From the NCBI GenBank assembly GCA_965232515.1, contig CBDDPY010000002.1, forward strand, positions 1,792,001-1,856,000: a DNA stretch of 64,000 nucleotides, given 5' to 3'. Below are positions 1-10,664 of this stretch, piece after piece (the stretch's first letter is position 1; every line of letters begins with the position of its first letter). The position numbers and the translations under genes are program-made. Below the pieces are notes generated by a model, which saw only the letters and a program-made list of their open reading frames with translations, was not told the origin of the DNA and did not search any database. The stretch is from Alphaproteobacteria bacterium. GTDB taxonomy: Bacteria; Pseudomonadota; Alphaproteobacteria; GCA-2731375.

Positions 1-431
1 GCCCGGGATTTCAGGCGTTGTTCCAGATCGGCCGTCGACGGCGGCAGGATGAACACCGACACCAGGTCGTCGCGGGCGCGCTGCGCCAGTTGCTGCGTTC
101 CTTGCCAATCGATATCGAACAGCACGTCGCGCCCGGTCGACAGCGCGCTCTCGACCGGCTCGACCGGCGTGCCGTAGTAATGATCGAAGACCTTCGCGTG
201 CTCCAGCAGCTCGTCGCGATTGACCATCAGGTTGAACTCGAGCGGATCGATGAAGAAGTAATCGACGCCATCCCGCTCGCCGGGCCGCGGCGGCCGCGTG
301 GTCGCCGACACCGACATGACGATGCCGTCGTCCTGATCCAGCAGCCGGCGCGAGATCGTGGTCTTGCCGGCGCCCGACGGCGACGACAGCACCAGCATCA
401 GGCCCCGCCGCTCGATATGCACCGTGGTCAC
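1..431 (-). CDS. gmk: guanylate kinase (3' end runs off the window)
   Basis: Manual reverse translation from GTG at 431: RRGLMLVLSSPSGAGKTT (P-loop), SVSATTRPPRPGERDGVDYFF, DIDWQG. Lies directly downstream of yicC. Not in the ORF track. Confidence 0.95.
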   Translation of the reverse strand, partial: MTTVHIERRGLMLVLSSPSGAGKTTISRRLLDQDDGIVMSVSATTRPPRPGERDGVDYFFIDPLEFNLMVNRDELLEHAKVFDHYYGTPVEPVESALSTGRDVLFDIDWQGTQQLAQRARDDLVSVFILPPSTADLEQRLKSR

Positions 432-444
432 GCCCGGATCCGTC

Positions 445-1332
445 CTATTCGATGTTCTGGGTCTGCTCGCGAAGGCGGTCGATCACCGCCTTCAGATCGA
501 GACCGATGGCGGTCAGCTCGGCGCCGGCCGACTTGGCGCACAAGGTGTTGGCCTCTCGGTTGAACTCCTGCGCCAGGAAATCCAGCCGCCGCCCGACTTC
601 GTTGCCGGCCGCCAGCAACTCGCGCGCCGCGGCCAGGTGCGAACCAAGGCGATCGAGTTCCTCGCGCACGTCGGCCTTCACCGTCAGTAGCGCCACCTCC
701 TGGGTCAGGCGTTCTTCCGGCAACGCCGGCGCTTCGTCCAGCAGCGCCTTGACCTGTTCGTGCAGACGGGCCTTGAGCGCGGCCGGCTGGGCCTCGGCGG
801 CGCCGGCCGCCGCGCCGACCAGTGTCTCGATCTCGGCGAGCTGCGCGGTCAGGATTGCCGCCAAGCGTTCGCCCTCGGCCCGCCGCGCGGCGGCGAGGGC
901 ATCCAGCGCCTCGTTCAGGCTCGCCAGCATGTCGTGTTCGCGCGCCTCGCGTTCCGATTCGGATTCCTCCGGCTCCGCAATTTCCATGACCCCGCGCAGC
1001 GCCAGCAAGCCATCGAGGCGTGGCGGCGAGGCCACAATACGCGTTTCCAGTTCCTGCATCACCTCCACGAGCTGCGTCAGCACGGCTTCGTTGATCCGGA
1101 CCGTGCCCTCGCCGGCGGTCTGCTGCAGTTGCAGATTGATGGTGACGTTGCCGCGCTGAAAGCGTTTACCGGCTTCGCGCCGAACCTGTGGCTCCAGCGC
1201 GTCATGGCCGGATGGCATTCTGCAACGCAAGTCGAGACCGCGACCGTTGACGCTCTTCAACTCCCAGGTCCAGGCATACGCACCGCGCTCGCCGCCGCTC
1301 CGCGCGAACCCGGTCATGCTGGATATGCCCAC
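445..1332 (-). CDS. yicC: YicC/YloC family endoribonuclease
   Basis: SMTGFAR, ELKSVNGRGLDL, GRRLDFLAQEFNREANTL and C-terminal REQTQNIE; canonical yicC-gmk synteny. Confidence 0.93.
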   Translation of the reverse strand: MGISSMTGFARSGGERGAYAWTWELKSVNGRGLDLRCRMPSGHDALEPQVRREAGKRFQRGNVTINLQLQQTAGEGTVRINEAVLTQLVEVMQELETRIVASPPRLDGLLALRGVMEIAEPEESESEREAREHDMLASLNEALDALAAARRAEGERLAAILTAQLAEIETLVGAAAGAAEAQPAALKARLHEQVKALLDEAPALPEERLTQEVALLTVKADVREELDRLGSHLAAARELLAAGNEVGRRLDFLAQEFNREANTLCAKSAGAELTAIGLDLKAVIDRLREQTQNIE

Positions 1333-1414
1333 GATCTCTGCTCGCTTTTCGTTCGATGTCAGATTCGACGGCCCTCTTATATATTCCGGTCAGCGGGGCA
1401 ACAAGACGCCGAGA

Positions 1415-2182
1415 ATGGAACCGCCAGTTGTGAAGAATCCAACCTCGATCCTGATTACCGGCGCGAGCAGCGGCATCGGCGCGGCTCTGGCGCGGGCCTA
1501 TGGCGGTCCGGACGTGCATCTGTCGCTGTCCGGCCGAAACGCACAGCGCTTGAACGACGTGGCCGAGACCTGCCGGGCGGCCGGCGCCAAGGTCGTCGCG
1601 GGTACGGTCGACGTCGCCGATCGCGCCGCGATGGCGGCCTGGCTGGGCGAGCAGGATGACGCCCACCCCCTGGATCTCGTCATCGCGAACGCCGGAATCG
1701 ACGGCGCCGGAATCGACGAGGCCGAACGCCTCTACCGGATCTTCGAAGTCAATGTCGCCGGCGTCTTCCACACGGTCCAGCCGGCGCTTCAGCGCATGCG
1801 GGCGCGACGGCGCGGTCAGATCGCCATCGTCAGCTCGCTCGCGGGTTTTCGCGGCCTGCCCAGCGCCGTCGCCTACAGCGCCAGCAAGGCCGCCGTCCGC
1901 TCATATGGCGAAGGCCTGCGCGGCCGGCATGCCGAGGACGGCGTCGCCGTCTCGGTCATTTGCCCCGGCTTTGTCGAAAGCCGGATCACGGCGACCAATC
2001 GATTTCCCATGCCCATGCTGTGGCCGGCCGACAAGGCGGCGCGCCATATCAAGTCGCGGCTGGCGCGGAATCAGGGCCGAATCGCCTTTCCCTGGCCGAT
2101 GTATTTTCTGGTCTGGCTGATCAGCGCCGCGCCGTCGTCGCTGGTTGACCGGCTGCTGGCCCGCGCGCCGCGCAAAGCCTGA
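1415..2182 (+). CDS. short-chain dehydrogenase/reductase (SDR)
   Basis: ITGASSGIG, NAG and YSASK motifs. Start taken at ATG 1415 (GTG 1430 is possible). Confidence 0.88.
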   Translation: MEPPVVKNPTSILITGASSGIGAALARAYGGPDVHLSLSGRNAQRLNDVAETCRAAGAKVVAGTVDVADRAAMAAWLGEQDDAHPLDLVIANAGIDGAGIDEAERLYRIFEVNVAGVFHTVQPALQRMRARRRGQIAIVSSLAGFRGLPSAVAYSASKAAVRSYGEGLRGRHAEDGVAVSVICPGFVESRITATNRFPMPMLWPADKAARHIKSRLARNQGRIAFPWPMYFLVWLISAAPSSLVDRLLARAPRKA

Positions 2183-2186
2183 ACCG

Positions 2187-3167
2187 TCACTTATTGGCGT
2201 TCCGTTCGCGCTGGATCTTGCGCCAGCGCCGGACGTTCTTCTGATGCTCGGCGAAGGTTCGCGCGAAGGCGTGACCGCCGCTGCCGTCGGCAACGAAATA
2301 AAGATCCTTGGTGGCGAGCGGACGCATCACGGCGGCAATCGCCGCCCGGCCGGGATTGGCGATCGGGCCCGGCGGCAGGCGCTTGATCACGTAGGTGTTG
2401 TATGCGGTCTTGGAGGTCAGGTCCTTCCGGCTCAACGGCCGGTCCAGCGGCTGCACGCCGTTGGTCAATCCGTAGGCCACCGTCGGGTCGGACTGCAGCC
2501 GCATGCCGCGTTTCAGCCGATTGACGAAGACGCCGGCGATGTGGGCCCGCTCGCCCGGCACCGCCGTTTCCTTTTCGACGATCGATGCCAGGATCAGGGC
2601 TTCCGCGGGCGACTGCAACGGCAGGTCCGGGGCGCGGTTCGTCCAGAGCTCCGCGAGCGCCGCGTCCATGGCCGCCGCCATGCGTGCGATCAGGGCCGAC
2701 CGGTCGTCGCCATAGGAGTAATGATAGGTCTCCGGCAGCAGCCGCCCCTCGCCCGGCGTCGTCGCGATTTCGCCGGCGAGACCGTCGGCTTTGGCGACCA
2801 GGTCGACAATCTCGGCCGTCAGCAGGCCTTCGGGAACCGTCAGCTTGCGCACAACGGTGACGCCGCCGACCAGCACGTCCATCACGCCGCGCATCGAGAT
2901 GCCAGCGGCGACACGATACTCGCCGGCCTTCAAATCGCCCTGCCGGTCGTACAGGCGAACGCCAATAGCAAACAGACGCGCGTCCGAAATGACGCCCGCC
3001 GTTTCCAGACGGCGCGCGATATCGACAAGGCCGCCGCCGCGCGGCAGCACCAACGTAACCTCGCTTTCGGCCGGGCCGGGCTGGGTGAATTGCCCATAGC
3101 CCCAGGCAAACAGTCCGCCGACCGCGAGGCCGGCAACAATCAACAGGCTGAGAAAAAGTCGAAGCAC
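2187..3167 (-). CDS. mltG: endolytic transglycosylase MltG (YceG)
   Basis: N-terminal TM; LASIVEKET, RLQSDPTV, YNTY...LPPGPIANPG, LYFVADG; downstream of fabF. Confidence 0.95.
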   Translation of the reverse strand: MLRLFLSLLIVAGLAVGGLFAWGYGQFTQPGPAESEVTLVLPRGGGLVDIARRLETAGVISDARLFAIGVRLYDRQGDLKAGEYRVAAGISMRGVMDVLVGGVTVVRKLTVPEGLLTAEIVDLVAKADGLAGEIATTPGEGRLLPETYHYSYGDDRSALIARMAAAMDAALAELWTNRAPDLPLQSPAEALILASIVEKETAVPGERAHIAGVFVNRLKRGMRLQSDPTVAYGLTNGVQPLDRPLSRKDLTSKTAYNTYVIKRLPPGPIANPGRAAIAAVMRPLATKDLYFVADGSGGHAFARTFAEHQKNVRRWRKIQRERNANK

Positions 3168-3186
3168 GCGGCCCGACCCGTTCCGG

Positions 3187-4458
3187 TCAGGGCGCCGCGG
3201 AAAGCACCAGCGACGCGTTCGTTCCGCCGAAGCCGAACGAGTTGGACAGGACGTTCCGGATCGGCCGCTCGCGCGACTCCAGCGGCACCAGGTCGATGTC
3301 GTTGCAGCCGTCCGAAGGATTTTCGAGGTTCAGCGTCGGCGGCGCCACGCCGTCGCGCATGGCGAGGACGCTGAAGATCGCCTCGACACTGCCGGCGGCG
3401 CCCAGCAGATGGCCAATCGCCGACTTGGTCGAAGACATCGACAGATCAGCCACATCGGCGCCGAACAAGCGCTTGACGGCGCCGACCTCAATTTCGTCGC
3501 CGACCGGCGTCGACGTGCCGTGGGCATTGATGTAATCGATATCGCCGGGGCCGAACCCCGAGCTCTTCAGGGCCGCCTGCATTGACCGGAAAGCGCCGTC
3601 CCCATCTTCCGACGGCGCCGTGATGTGGTAGGCGTCGCCGGACATGCCATAGCCCTTGACCTCGGCATAGATCCGGGCGCCGCGGCGCTTGGCGTGCTCG
3701 AGCTCTTCCAGCACCACAATGCCGGAGCCCTCGCCCATGACGAACCCGTCACGGTCCTGGTCCCAGGGCCGCGATGCGCGGGTCGGCTCGTCGTTGAAAC
3801 TCGTCGACAAGGCCTTGCAGGCCGCGAAGCCGGCAATGCCCAGCCGCGAAATCGCCGCTTCCGAACCGCCGGCCACCATGACGTCGGCGTCGCCCCATTT
3901 GATCAGGCGGCTGGCGTCGCCGATGGCGTGCGCGCCGGTCGAGCAGGCTGTCACGACAGAATGGTTGGGGCCCTTGAAGCCGTAGCGGATCGAGACCTGA
4001 CCGGAGAGCAGGTTGATCAGCGAGCCCGGAATGAAGAACGGGCTGATCCGTCGCGGACCGCGCTCGTGCAGCGTGATCGCGGTCTCCGATATCGTCGGCA
4101 GACCGCCGATGCCGGATCCGATCATCACACCGGTGCGCTGACGGCTCTCTTCGTCTTCCGGCTGCCAGCCGGCATCATCCAGCGCCTGGACCGCGGCGGC
4201 CAGCCCCAGGATGATGAACTCGTCGATCCGCCGCTGCTCCTTGTGCGGGATCCAGTCGTCGATGTTGAAATCCGGCACCGCGGCGCCGCGCGGCACTTCG
4301 CAGGCGATCTTCGCCGGCAGATCCGATGTATCGAACTTCTGGATCCCCGCCGCCCCCGACTGCCCTTCAAGCAGGCGCGACCACACGGTCTCGAGGCCGA
4401 CGCCGAGCGGCGTGACCAGGCCCATGCCGGTAATAACGACGCGTCTGCTCTCGGTCAT
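3187..4458 (-). CDS. fabF: 3-oxoacyl-ACP synthase II
   Basis: TACSTG (catalytic Cys), INAHGTST, GHLLGAAG, SNSFGFGG. Confidence 0.97.
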   Translation of the reverse strand: MTESRRVVITGMGLVTPLGVGLETVWSRLLEGQSGAAGIQKFDTSDLPAKIACEVPRGAAVPDFNIDDWIPHKEQRRIDEFIILGLAAAVQALDDAGWQPEDEESRQRTGVMIGSGIGGLPTISETAITLHERGPRRISPFFIPGSLINLLSGQVSIRYGFKGPNHSVVTACSTGAHAIGDASRLIKWGDADVMVAGGSEAAISRLGIAGFAACKALSTSFNDEPTRASRPWDQDRDGFVMGEGSGIVVLEELEHAKRRGARIYAEVKGYGMSGDAYHITAPSEDGDGAFRSMQAALKSSGFGPGDIDYINAHGTSTPVGDEIEVGAVKRLFGADVADLSMSSTKSAIGHLLGAAGSVEAIFSVLAMRDGVAPPTLNLENPSDGCNDIDLVPLESRERPIRNVLSNSFGFGGTNASLVLSAAP

Positions 4459-4506
4459 CTGAAGCTATGCCAGGCCAATGTCCGGGGCGGGAACCGAGGC
4501 GAACGG

Positions 4507-4743
4507 TTAGGAACCGTTTTCCTCGATGAAGCTGATCGCGTCCTTCACGGTCAGGATCTTCTCCGCGGCGTCATCCGGGATCTCGATCCCGAACTCCTCT
4601 TCGAACGCCATGACCAGCTCGACGGTATCGAGACTGTCGGCGCCGAGGTCATCGATGAAACTCGCCCCGTCGCTGACCTTGTCTTCTTCGACTCCGAGAT
4701 GCTCGACAACGATTTTTTTGACGCGGTCGGCAATATCACTCAT
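4507..4743 (-). CDS. acpP: acyl carrier protein
   Basis: [20 protein letters not shown] phosphopantetheine motif. Confidence 0.98.
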   Translation of the reverse strand: MSDIADRVKKIVVEHLGVEEDKVSDGASFIDDLGADSLDTVELVMAFEEEFGIEIPDDAAEKILTVKDAISFIEENGS

Positions 4744-4901
4744 TCAGATAACCCTCGCGTTTCCGTAGGTTTTTCGCTTGTCCAAAAGCTTCGGCGATCA
4801 AAACGAGGTCTGCCGGAGCCGAAAAAAGCGACGCTTGGTAACACATAATTTTTACCTTGGCCAGCGCCAGCGAGCGCCATCCAAACAACCGTGAATCCCA
4901 G

Positions 4902-5639
4902 CTAAATCATAGCCATGCCGCCGTTTACATGCAGGGTCTGACCGGTGACATAGGCGGCCTCGTCGCCGGCCAGAAAGACCACGCAGGCCGCGACATCCTC
5001 GGGCACACCCAGACGGCCCATGGGCACGGCGGCCAGCAACTTCTCGTGCTGCGCCTCGCCCAGGGCGTCCGTCATCGCGGTTTCGATGAATCCGGGCGCG
5101 ACGCAATTGACGGTGATGCCGCGGTTCGCCACCTCGGCGGCGAGCGACTTGCTCATCCCGATCATCCCGGCTTTGGCCGCGGCATAGTTGGCCTGGCCAG
5201 GATTGCCGGTGACGCCGACGATCGAGGTGATATTGACGATTCGCCCCCAGCGCGCCTTCATCATGCCGCGCATGGCCGCGCGGCAGAGCCGGAACGCCGC
5301 GGAAAGATTGACGTCCAGCACCGTCTGCCAGTCCTCATCCTTCAGTCGCAGCGCCAGATTGTCCCGGGTCAGACCGGCATTGTTGACCAGGATATCGACC
5401 CGGCCGACCGCCGCCTCGGCATCGGCGATCAGGCCGCCGACCGCCTCCGCGTCCGACAGGTCGCAGGGCGTCACAGAGGCACGCTCGCCGAGCTCGGCAG
5501 CTAGCGCGTCGAGCGCCTCGCGCCGCGTGCCGGAGAGCGCCACATTGGCGCCGGCGCCGTGCAGGGCTTTGGCGATGGCGCCACCGATGCCCCCGGACGC
5601 GCCCGTGACCAGGGCGCCCTTGCCGGACAAGTTGAACAT
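4902..5639 (-). CDS. fabG: 3-oxoacyl-ACP reductase
   Basis: TGASGGIG, NNAGLTRD, GNPGQANYAAAK. ATG 5639 is preceded by AGGAGG; lies in the fab cluster. Confidence 0.96.
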   Translation of the reverse strand: MFNLSGKGALVTGASGGIGGAIAKALHGAGANVALSGTRREALDALAAELGERASVTPCDLSDAEAVGGLIADAEAAVGRVDILVNNAGLTRDNLALRLKDEDWQTVLDVNLSAAFRLCRAAMRGMMKARWGRIVNITSIVGVTGNPGQANYAAAKAGMIGMSKSLAAEVANRGITVNCVAPGFIETAMTDALGEAQHEKLLAAVPMGRLGVPEDVAACVVFLAGDEAAYVTGQTLHVNGGMAMI

Positions 5640-5676
5640 TGCGGCCTCCTTCCCGTCTGACGCCGAACGCAATCGC

Positions 5677-6618
5677 CTACAGCGTCTTCAGAAACTGATC
5701 GATATCGTCGGGCGTCGAGATCGGCGTGCCGCTCAGCTCCCGATCGATGCGGCGCAGCATGCCCGTCAGCACCTTGCCGACGCCGAGCTCGACCAGATTG
5801 TCGACGTCTTCGGATTTCATGAACAGGACGCTCTCCCGCCAGCGCACCATGGCCGTCACCTGCCGGACCAGCAGGTCGGCGACCTCGTCCGGCTTATCGA
5901 CCGCCGCCGCGGTCACGTTCGCGACCAGCGGCACCGCCGGCGCCGACATGTCAGTGCTGTCCAGGGCTTCGGCCATGACGTCGGCGGCGGGCTGCATCAG
6001 GGCACAATGGAACGGCGCGCTGACCGGCAGCAGGATCGACCGGCGGCCGCCCCGCTCCTTGGCCAGCTCGACCGCGCGTTCGACGGCCGTCCGGTGGCCG
6101 CTGACCACGACCTGGCCCTCGGCGTTGTCGTTGGCCGGCTCGCAAACATCGTCGCCCGCGGCCGCCTCGGCAACTTCACGGGCATCCTCGAACGACAGGC
6201 CTAGCAGCGCCGCCATGGCGCCGACGCCGACCGGCACCGCCGCCTGCATCGCTTCGCCGCGGCGGCGAAGCAGCCTGGCCGTATCCGACAGCGACAGGGC
6301 GCCGGCCGCACAGAGCGCCGAATACTCGCCCAGACTGTGGCCCGCCACATAGGCGGCCTTCTTCGGCAGTTCGACGCCGCCGTCGTTCTCGAGCACCCGC
6401 ATGACCGCCACCGAAACCGCCATCAAGGCGGGCTGGGCATTCGCCGTCAGGGTCAGTTCGTCCTCGGGACCCTCGAACATCAGCTTGGAGAGGCGCTGTT
6501 CCAGCGCTTCATCGACTTCCTCGAAGACGTACCGGGCCGTCGGCAATGCCTCCGCCAGCTCCTTGCCCATGCCGACGGCCTGGGATCCCTGACCGGGAAA
6601 AACGAATGCGCGCGCCAT
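5677..6618 (-). CDS. fabD: malonyl-CoA:ACP transacylase
   Basis: FPGQGSQ, GHSLGEY, SAPFHC. Confidence 0.97.
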   Translation of the reverse strand: MARAFVFPGQGSQAVGMGKELAEALPTARYVFEEVDEALEQRLSKLMFEGPEDELTLTANAQPALMAVSVAVMRVLENDGGVELPKKAAYVAGHSLGEYSALCAAGALSLSDTARLLRRRGEAMQAAVPVGVGAMAALLGLSFEDAREVAEAAAGDDVCEPANDNAEGQVVVSGHRTAVERAVELAKERGGRRSILLPVSAPFHCALMQPAADVMAEALDSTDMSAPAVPLVANVTAAAVDKPDEVADLLVRQVTAMVRWRESVLFMKSEDVDNLVELGVGKVLTGMLRRIDRELSGTPISTPDDIDQFLKTL

Positions 6619-6679
6619 TGTCCGAATTCTGTTGTTTTGCTTGACCGCCCGAGGATGACGAAATGGTTAAGGCGACCGA

Positions 6680-6741
6680 TACATACTCTTGCGGTCGTTC
6701 CTGTCAAGGCGGCTTGAACCGGCAGGCCGTTCGTGTATAAG
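6680..6741. promoter_or_regulatory. back-to-back sigma70-like promoters for fabD (-) and rpsF (+)
   Basis: + strand TTGAAC(6714)-N16-TATAAG(6736). - strand TTGACA (~6702-6708) with an AT-rich -10 near 6680-6686. Confidence 0.45.
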
Positions 6742-6847
6742 TGCCGCCGCCGCAAACAGCGCGGTCCCCTTGGGATCATTTGGGCTGGAGCCATGGACGC
6801 CGGCTTCCGCGGCAGATCAAGCCGGCAATTGGAGACGATCGAACGGC

Positions 6848-7318
6848 ATGCCGTATTACGAAAACGTGTTCATCGCACGTCAGGACATCTCGGGCCAGCA
6901 AGTCGACGGCCTGATCGAAAGCTTCGGCGAAATCATCAATCAAGGTGGCGGCAAGGTCGCCAAGCACGAGTATTGGGGTCTGAAGAACCTGTCCTACAGG
7001 ATCAAGAAGAACCGAAAAGGCCACTATGTGCTTATGAACGTCGACGCGCCGGCCGACGCCGTCCTCGAGATGGAGCGCAATATGCGTCTCAACGAGGACA
7101 TCATCCGTTTCATGACCGTCCGTGTCGACGCGCTGGAGGAAGGTCCGTCAGCCATGATGCAGAGCCGGTCTTCCCGTGACGGCCGCGACCGGCGCGGCGA
7201 TCGGGGGCCGCGCGACCGTCGGGACGACCGGCGCGACGATCGCCGGGACGGACCGCGTGAGCCAAGGCCGGCGCCGACGCCTGCCGCGGCGGATGCGGCG
7301 CCGAAGGAGGCCGACTGA
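6848..7318 (+). CDS. rpsF: 30S ribosomal protein S6 with Arg/Asp-rich C-terminal tail
   Basis: [13 protein letters not shown]...[20 protein letters not shown]; precedes rpsR. Confidence 0.97.
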   Translation: MPYYENVFIARQDISGQQVDGLIESFGEIINQGGGKVAKHEYWGLKNLSYRIKKNRKGHYVLMNVDAPADAVLEMERNMRLNEDIIRFMTVRVDALEEGPSAMMQSRSSRDGRDRRGDRGPRDRRDDRRDDRRDGPREPRPAPTPAAADAAPKEAD

Positions 7319-7575
7319 TGGCACAGGATATCAAGATCAGCCAACTGCCGATCCGGCGCCCGTTCCATCGCCGGCGCAAGACCTGCCCATTTTCCGGGGC
7401 CGGCGCGCCGAAGATTGACTACAAGGACGTGAAGCTGTTGCAGCGCTTCGTGTCGGAGCGCGGCAAGATCGTTCCCAGCCGCATCACCGCGGTTTCGGCC
7501 AAGAAACAGCGGGAGCTGGCCCGGGCGATCAAGCGTGCGCGTAACCTGGCGCTGCTGCCGTTCGTGATCCAGTAG
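7318..7575 (+). CDS. rpsR: 30S ribosomal protein S18
   Basis: RRRKTCPF...IDYKD...[12 protein letters not shown]...[12 protein letters not shown]. Confidence 0.98.
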   Translation: MAQDIKISQLPIRRPFHRRRKTCPFSGAGAPKIDYKDVKLLQRFVSERGKIVPSRITAVSAKKQRELARAIKRARNLALLPFVIQ

Positions 7576-7603
7576 CCGCCCGTCGGCCTCGGCCGACCGG
7601 CGC

Positions 7604-8593
7604 GTGCCAGCGATGCCGCAGCAGACCACGATGGCGATCGCCGCCGGCGGCGTTAGCGCGCTGCTGTTCTTTGGCTTGTTCGCCGGCTTCTTTCCGGGTG
7701 CGCCGCTCGCCGCCCTGACCGCGGTGCCGCTATTCGCGGCCGGATTGGGGATCGGCCTGCCGGCCGCCATTACGGCCTCGGTTTCCGGCGCCGTCGTCAT
7801 CGCGGTGGTGGTCACGGTGATGGCGACCGGCGACCAGAGCTTTCTGCCGGCCGTCGCGACGTTTCTTGCCCTTCACGCCGTGCCCGCCATGCTCCTCAGC
7901 CGGCAAGCCCTGCTTTCGCGGCAAACGCCGCAGGGTCAGGAATGGTATCCGGCCGGGCTGCTGGTGACCTGGCTGGCAGGCATCGTCGCCGGTTATTTTG
8001 CCCTCGCGCTGGTAATTTTCGCCCTGCAGGGTCCCGGTCTGCTGGCTGTCATCGAGAGCCTGATTGCGGCCACCGCCCAGGCGCTGAGCGACGCCAATCC
8101 CGATCTGTTCGGCGCGCAGGGTCCGATCTCGCCGGAGAACATCCCCGCCATCGCGCCGTTCATTCCAGGCATTTTTGCCGCCTCGATCATGGTCTTCGTG
8201 GTGATCAGCGGCGCCGTGGCGCAATCGCTGCTGACGCGCTTCAAGCGAAACATCCGACCCAGCGGCGGCTTCACCGAGCTCGAGCTGCCGATGCCGATGC
8301 TCTATGCGTTCGGCGTCTCGCTGGCGCTGTCGTTGACGGGCGGCAGCCTGGGCATGATCGGGAAGACGCTTGCAGTAATCCTGGCGGTGGCGTATCTCCT
8401 GCAGGGACTGGCGGTGCTGCATGCCTGGGCGCGCCGCTGGAAGGGCGCGGCCATCGTGTTGACGCTGCTTTACCTGGCATTGATTTTGGTTTGGCCGGCC
8501 CCGGCTCTGGTGGTCGGTCTCGGTCTCGTCGAACAAGTGGCCCACCTGCGCCGGCGCGGCGCTGGCGGCGGCCCCGGCGCGGAGGATGAATGA
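7604..8593 (+). CDS. DUF2232/YybS-like polytopic membrane protein
   Basis: Multiple hydrophobic helices, EWYPAG and QGLAVLH segments; position between rpsR and rplI. Confidence 0.75.
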   Translation: MPAMPQQTTMAIAAGGVSALLFFGLFAGFFPGAPLAALTAVPLFAAGLGIGLPAAITASVSGAVVIAVVVTVMATGDQSFLPAVATFLALHAVPAMLLSRQALLSRQTPQGQEWYPAGLLVTWLAGIVAGYFALALVIFALQGPGLLAVIESLIAATAQALSDANPDLFGAQGPISPENIPAIAPFIPGIFAASIMVFVVISGAVAQSLLTRFKRNIRPSGGFTELELPMPMLYAFGVSLALSLTGGSLGMIGKTLAVILAVAYLLQGLAVLHAWARRWKGAAIVLTLLYLALILVWPAPALVVGLGLVEQVAHLRRRGAGGGPGAEDE

Positions 8594-9204
8594 TGGAAGT
8601 GATTTTGCTGGAGCGCATCGAGCGGCTCGGTCAGATGGGCGACGTCGTCAGGGTTAAGGACGGCTATGCCCGCAATTATCTGCTGCCGCAGAAGAAAGCG
8701 TTGCGCGCCACCAAGGACAACATGTCCCATTTCGAGGGCCAGCGGGCCCAGCTCGAGGCGCAGAACCTGGAGCGGCGGAACGAGGCCGAAGCCGCGGCCG
8801 AAAAGATGGCGGGCCTGAGCTGCGTGCTGGTGCGCCAGGCCAGCGATATGGGTCAGCTCTATGGCTCGGTTTCCTCGCGCGACATTGCCGATGCCTTGGA
8901 CGAAGACGGCGTCAAGATCGACAAGCGCCAGGTCTCGTTGGACCGGCCGATCAAGACCCTCGGCATACACGGCGTCCGGATCGTCCTGCACCCCGAGGTA
9001 TTCGTGCAGGTCGACGTCAACGTCGCCCGCAGCGAGGCCGAGGCCGAGCAACAGGCCGCAGAAGCCACGGATCTGTTTGAGGACGAGGAGGCCGCGGCGG
9101 CGGCGCAAGCCGAGGCCGAAGAGGTCATTGCCGATGCCGACACGGACGCGCCCGAGGCCGCCGTCGACGACACCGCCGAGCCGGAGCCCGACAACGCGAG
9201 TTAG
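8590..9204 (+). CDS. rplI: 50S ribosomal protein L9
   Basis: [13 protein letters not shown]...[12 protein letters not shown]...LYGSV; acidic tail. Confidence 0.98.
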   Translation: MMEVILLERIERLGQMGDVVRVKDGYARNYLLPQKKALRATKDNMSHFEGQRAQLEAQNLERRNEAEAAAEKMAGLSCVLVRQASDMGQLYGSVSSRDIADALDEDGVKIDKRQVSLDRPIKTLGIHGVRIVLHPEVFVQVDVNVARSEAEAEQQAAEATDLFEDEEAAAAAQAEAEEVIADADTDAPEAAVDDTAEPEPDNAS

Positions 9205-9422
9205 CCCCTGGATTAACCATGTTTGGCCGGCGCGGGCGGCGGGACTCAGGTCCCTGGCCGCCCGTTGTCATTTTTGGCCGCGCCTGCGTCCCAAAACCGA
9301 CACACTTGCACCGGTCATGATCTGGGGTAACATTCCTGTGATGGTTCTTTTCTGAACAGCCGCGACGCGGCTGTTTTGCGGTGGACCGCCGGTCCACAAG
9401 GGAGGATGGGGCCGAGGAATAG

Positions 9423-10664
9423 ATGCTGCTGGCGCGAATGCTCGATCATGTGATCCGGGCTGGCAAACTAACGCTGATCGATGCCACTGGCCGGATACAC
9501 ATATTTGAAGGCGACCGTGACGGTCCGGACGTACAGATTCGACTGACCGACACGGCGCTGCACAGACGAATTCCGCTTCAACCCGTGCTGGCCATGGGCG
9601 AAGCCTATATGAACGGCACGCTGGTTATCGAGGATGGCAGCCTGCGGGATTTCATCGAAATCTTTGCGATGAACTTCGGCTGGCGGCATCATCCGCACTG
9701 GCTGCCGGCTCTGATGTATAGCTGGCGCAAGCTCTGCCGCGTGTTCGCGCAGTACAATCCGGTGCCGCGCGCGCGCCGGAACGTGGCGCACCACTACGAC
9801 CTCTCCGACACGCTGTACGATCTGTTCCTGGACCACGATCGGCAGTATTCCTGCGCCTATTTCGCCGACCCCAGCGACGATCTCGAGACGGCGCAGCTAC
9901 AGAAGAAGAACCACATTGCCGCGAAGCTGCTGCTGCGCCCGGGCCAGAAGGTGCTCGACATCGGCTCAGGCTGGGGTGGGCTGGGACTGCATTTGGCCCA
10001 GGTGGGCAATGCCAACGTGACCGGCGTCACCCTATCTGAGCATCAGCATGTCTATTCCAATGCCCGGGCGCAACGCGCCGGCATCGGCGAGCGTGTGCGA
10101 TTCGAACTGTGTGACTATCGCGAGCTGGACGGCAGCTACGACCGCATCGTCTCGGTCGGCATGTTCGAGCATGTCGGCATCCGTCACTATCGGACGTTCT
10201 TCGACAAGCTGAACCAACTTTTGGCCGACGACGGCGTGGCGCTGCTGCATACGATCGGACGGGCGGAAGGCCCCGGGGCGACCGATCCGTTCGTCGACAA
10301 ATACATCTTCCCCGGCGGTTACTCGCCTGCCCTGTCGGAGGTGACACCGGTGATCGAACGCGCGGGCTTCTACATCACCGACATCGAAGTGCTGCGGCTG
10401 CACTACGCCGAGACGCTGAGGTGCTGGCACGAGAACTTCCAGCGCAACCGCGACAAGGTGCGCGAGATCTATGACGAGCGGTTCTGCCGCATGTGGGAAG
10501 CCTATCTTGTCGGTGCGGAAATGGCCTTCCGCCATGTCGGCCACGTGGTCTTCCAGATCCAGCTCGCCAAGCGCCAGGACGTCGTGCCGCTGACCCGCGA
10601 CTACATCACCGACTTCGATCGTGCCGGAATGCGGCCGGCCACGCGGGTAGCCCGCACCGGGTGA
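9423..10664 (+). CDS. cfa: cyclopropane-fatty-acyl-phospholipid synthase family methyltransferase
   Basis: NVAHHYDLS, QYSCAYF, VLDIGSGWG, SVGMFEHVG, YIFPGG, HYAETL. Confidence 0.9.
   Translation: MLLARMLDHVIRAGKLTLIDATGRIHIFEGDRDGPDVQIRLTDTALHRRIPLQPVLAMGEAYMNGTLVIEDGSLRDFIEIFAMNFGWRHHPHWLPALMYSWRKLCRVFAQYNPVPRARRNVAHHYDLSDTLYDLFLDHDRQYSCAYFADPSDDLETAQLQKKNHIAAKLLLRPGQKVLDIGSGWGGLGLHLAQVGNANVTGVTLSEHQHVYSNARAQRAGIGERVRFELCDYRELDGSYDRIVSVGMFEHVGIRHYRTFFDKLNQLLADDGVALLHTIGRAEGPGATDPFVDKYIFPGGYSPALSEVTPVIERAGFYITDIEVLRLHYAETLRCWHENFQRNRDKVREIYDERFCRMWEAYLVGAEMAFRHVGHVVFQIQLAKRQDVVPLTRDYITDFDRAGMRPATRVARTG

Noticed and set aside
7170-7260. Repetitive RDDR-encoding DNA at the end of rpsF
   Set aside because: Low-complexity charged S6 tails are common in Alphaproteobacteria; not a CRISPR or mobile repeat.
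7318-7575. S18 lacking a full zinc ribbon as part of a zinc-starvation response
   Set aside because: The single-Cys S18 is the normal alphaproteobacterial form in the core operon; no Zur box is seen there.
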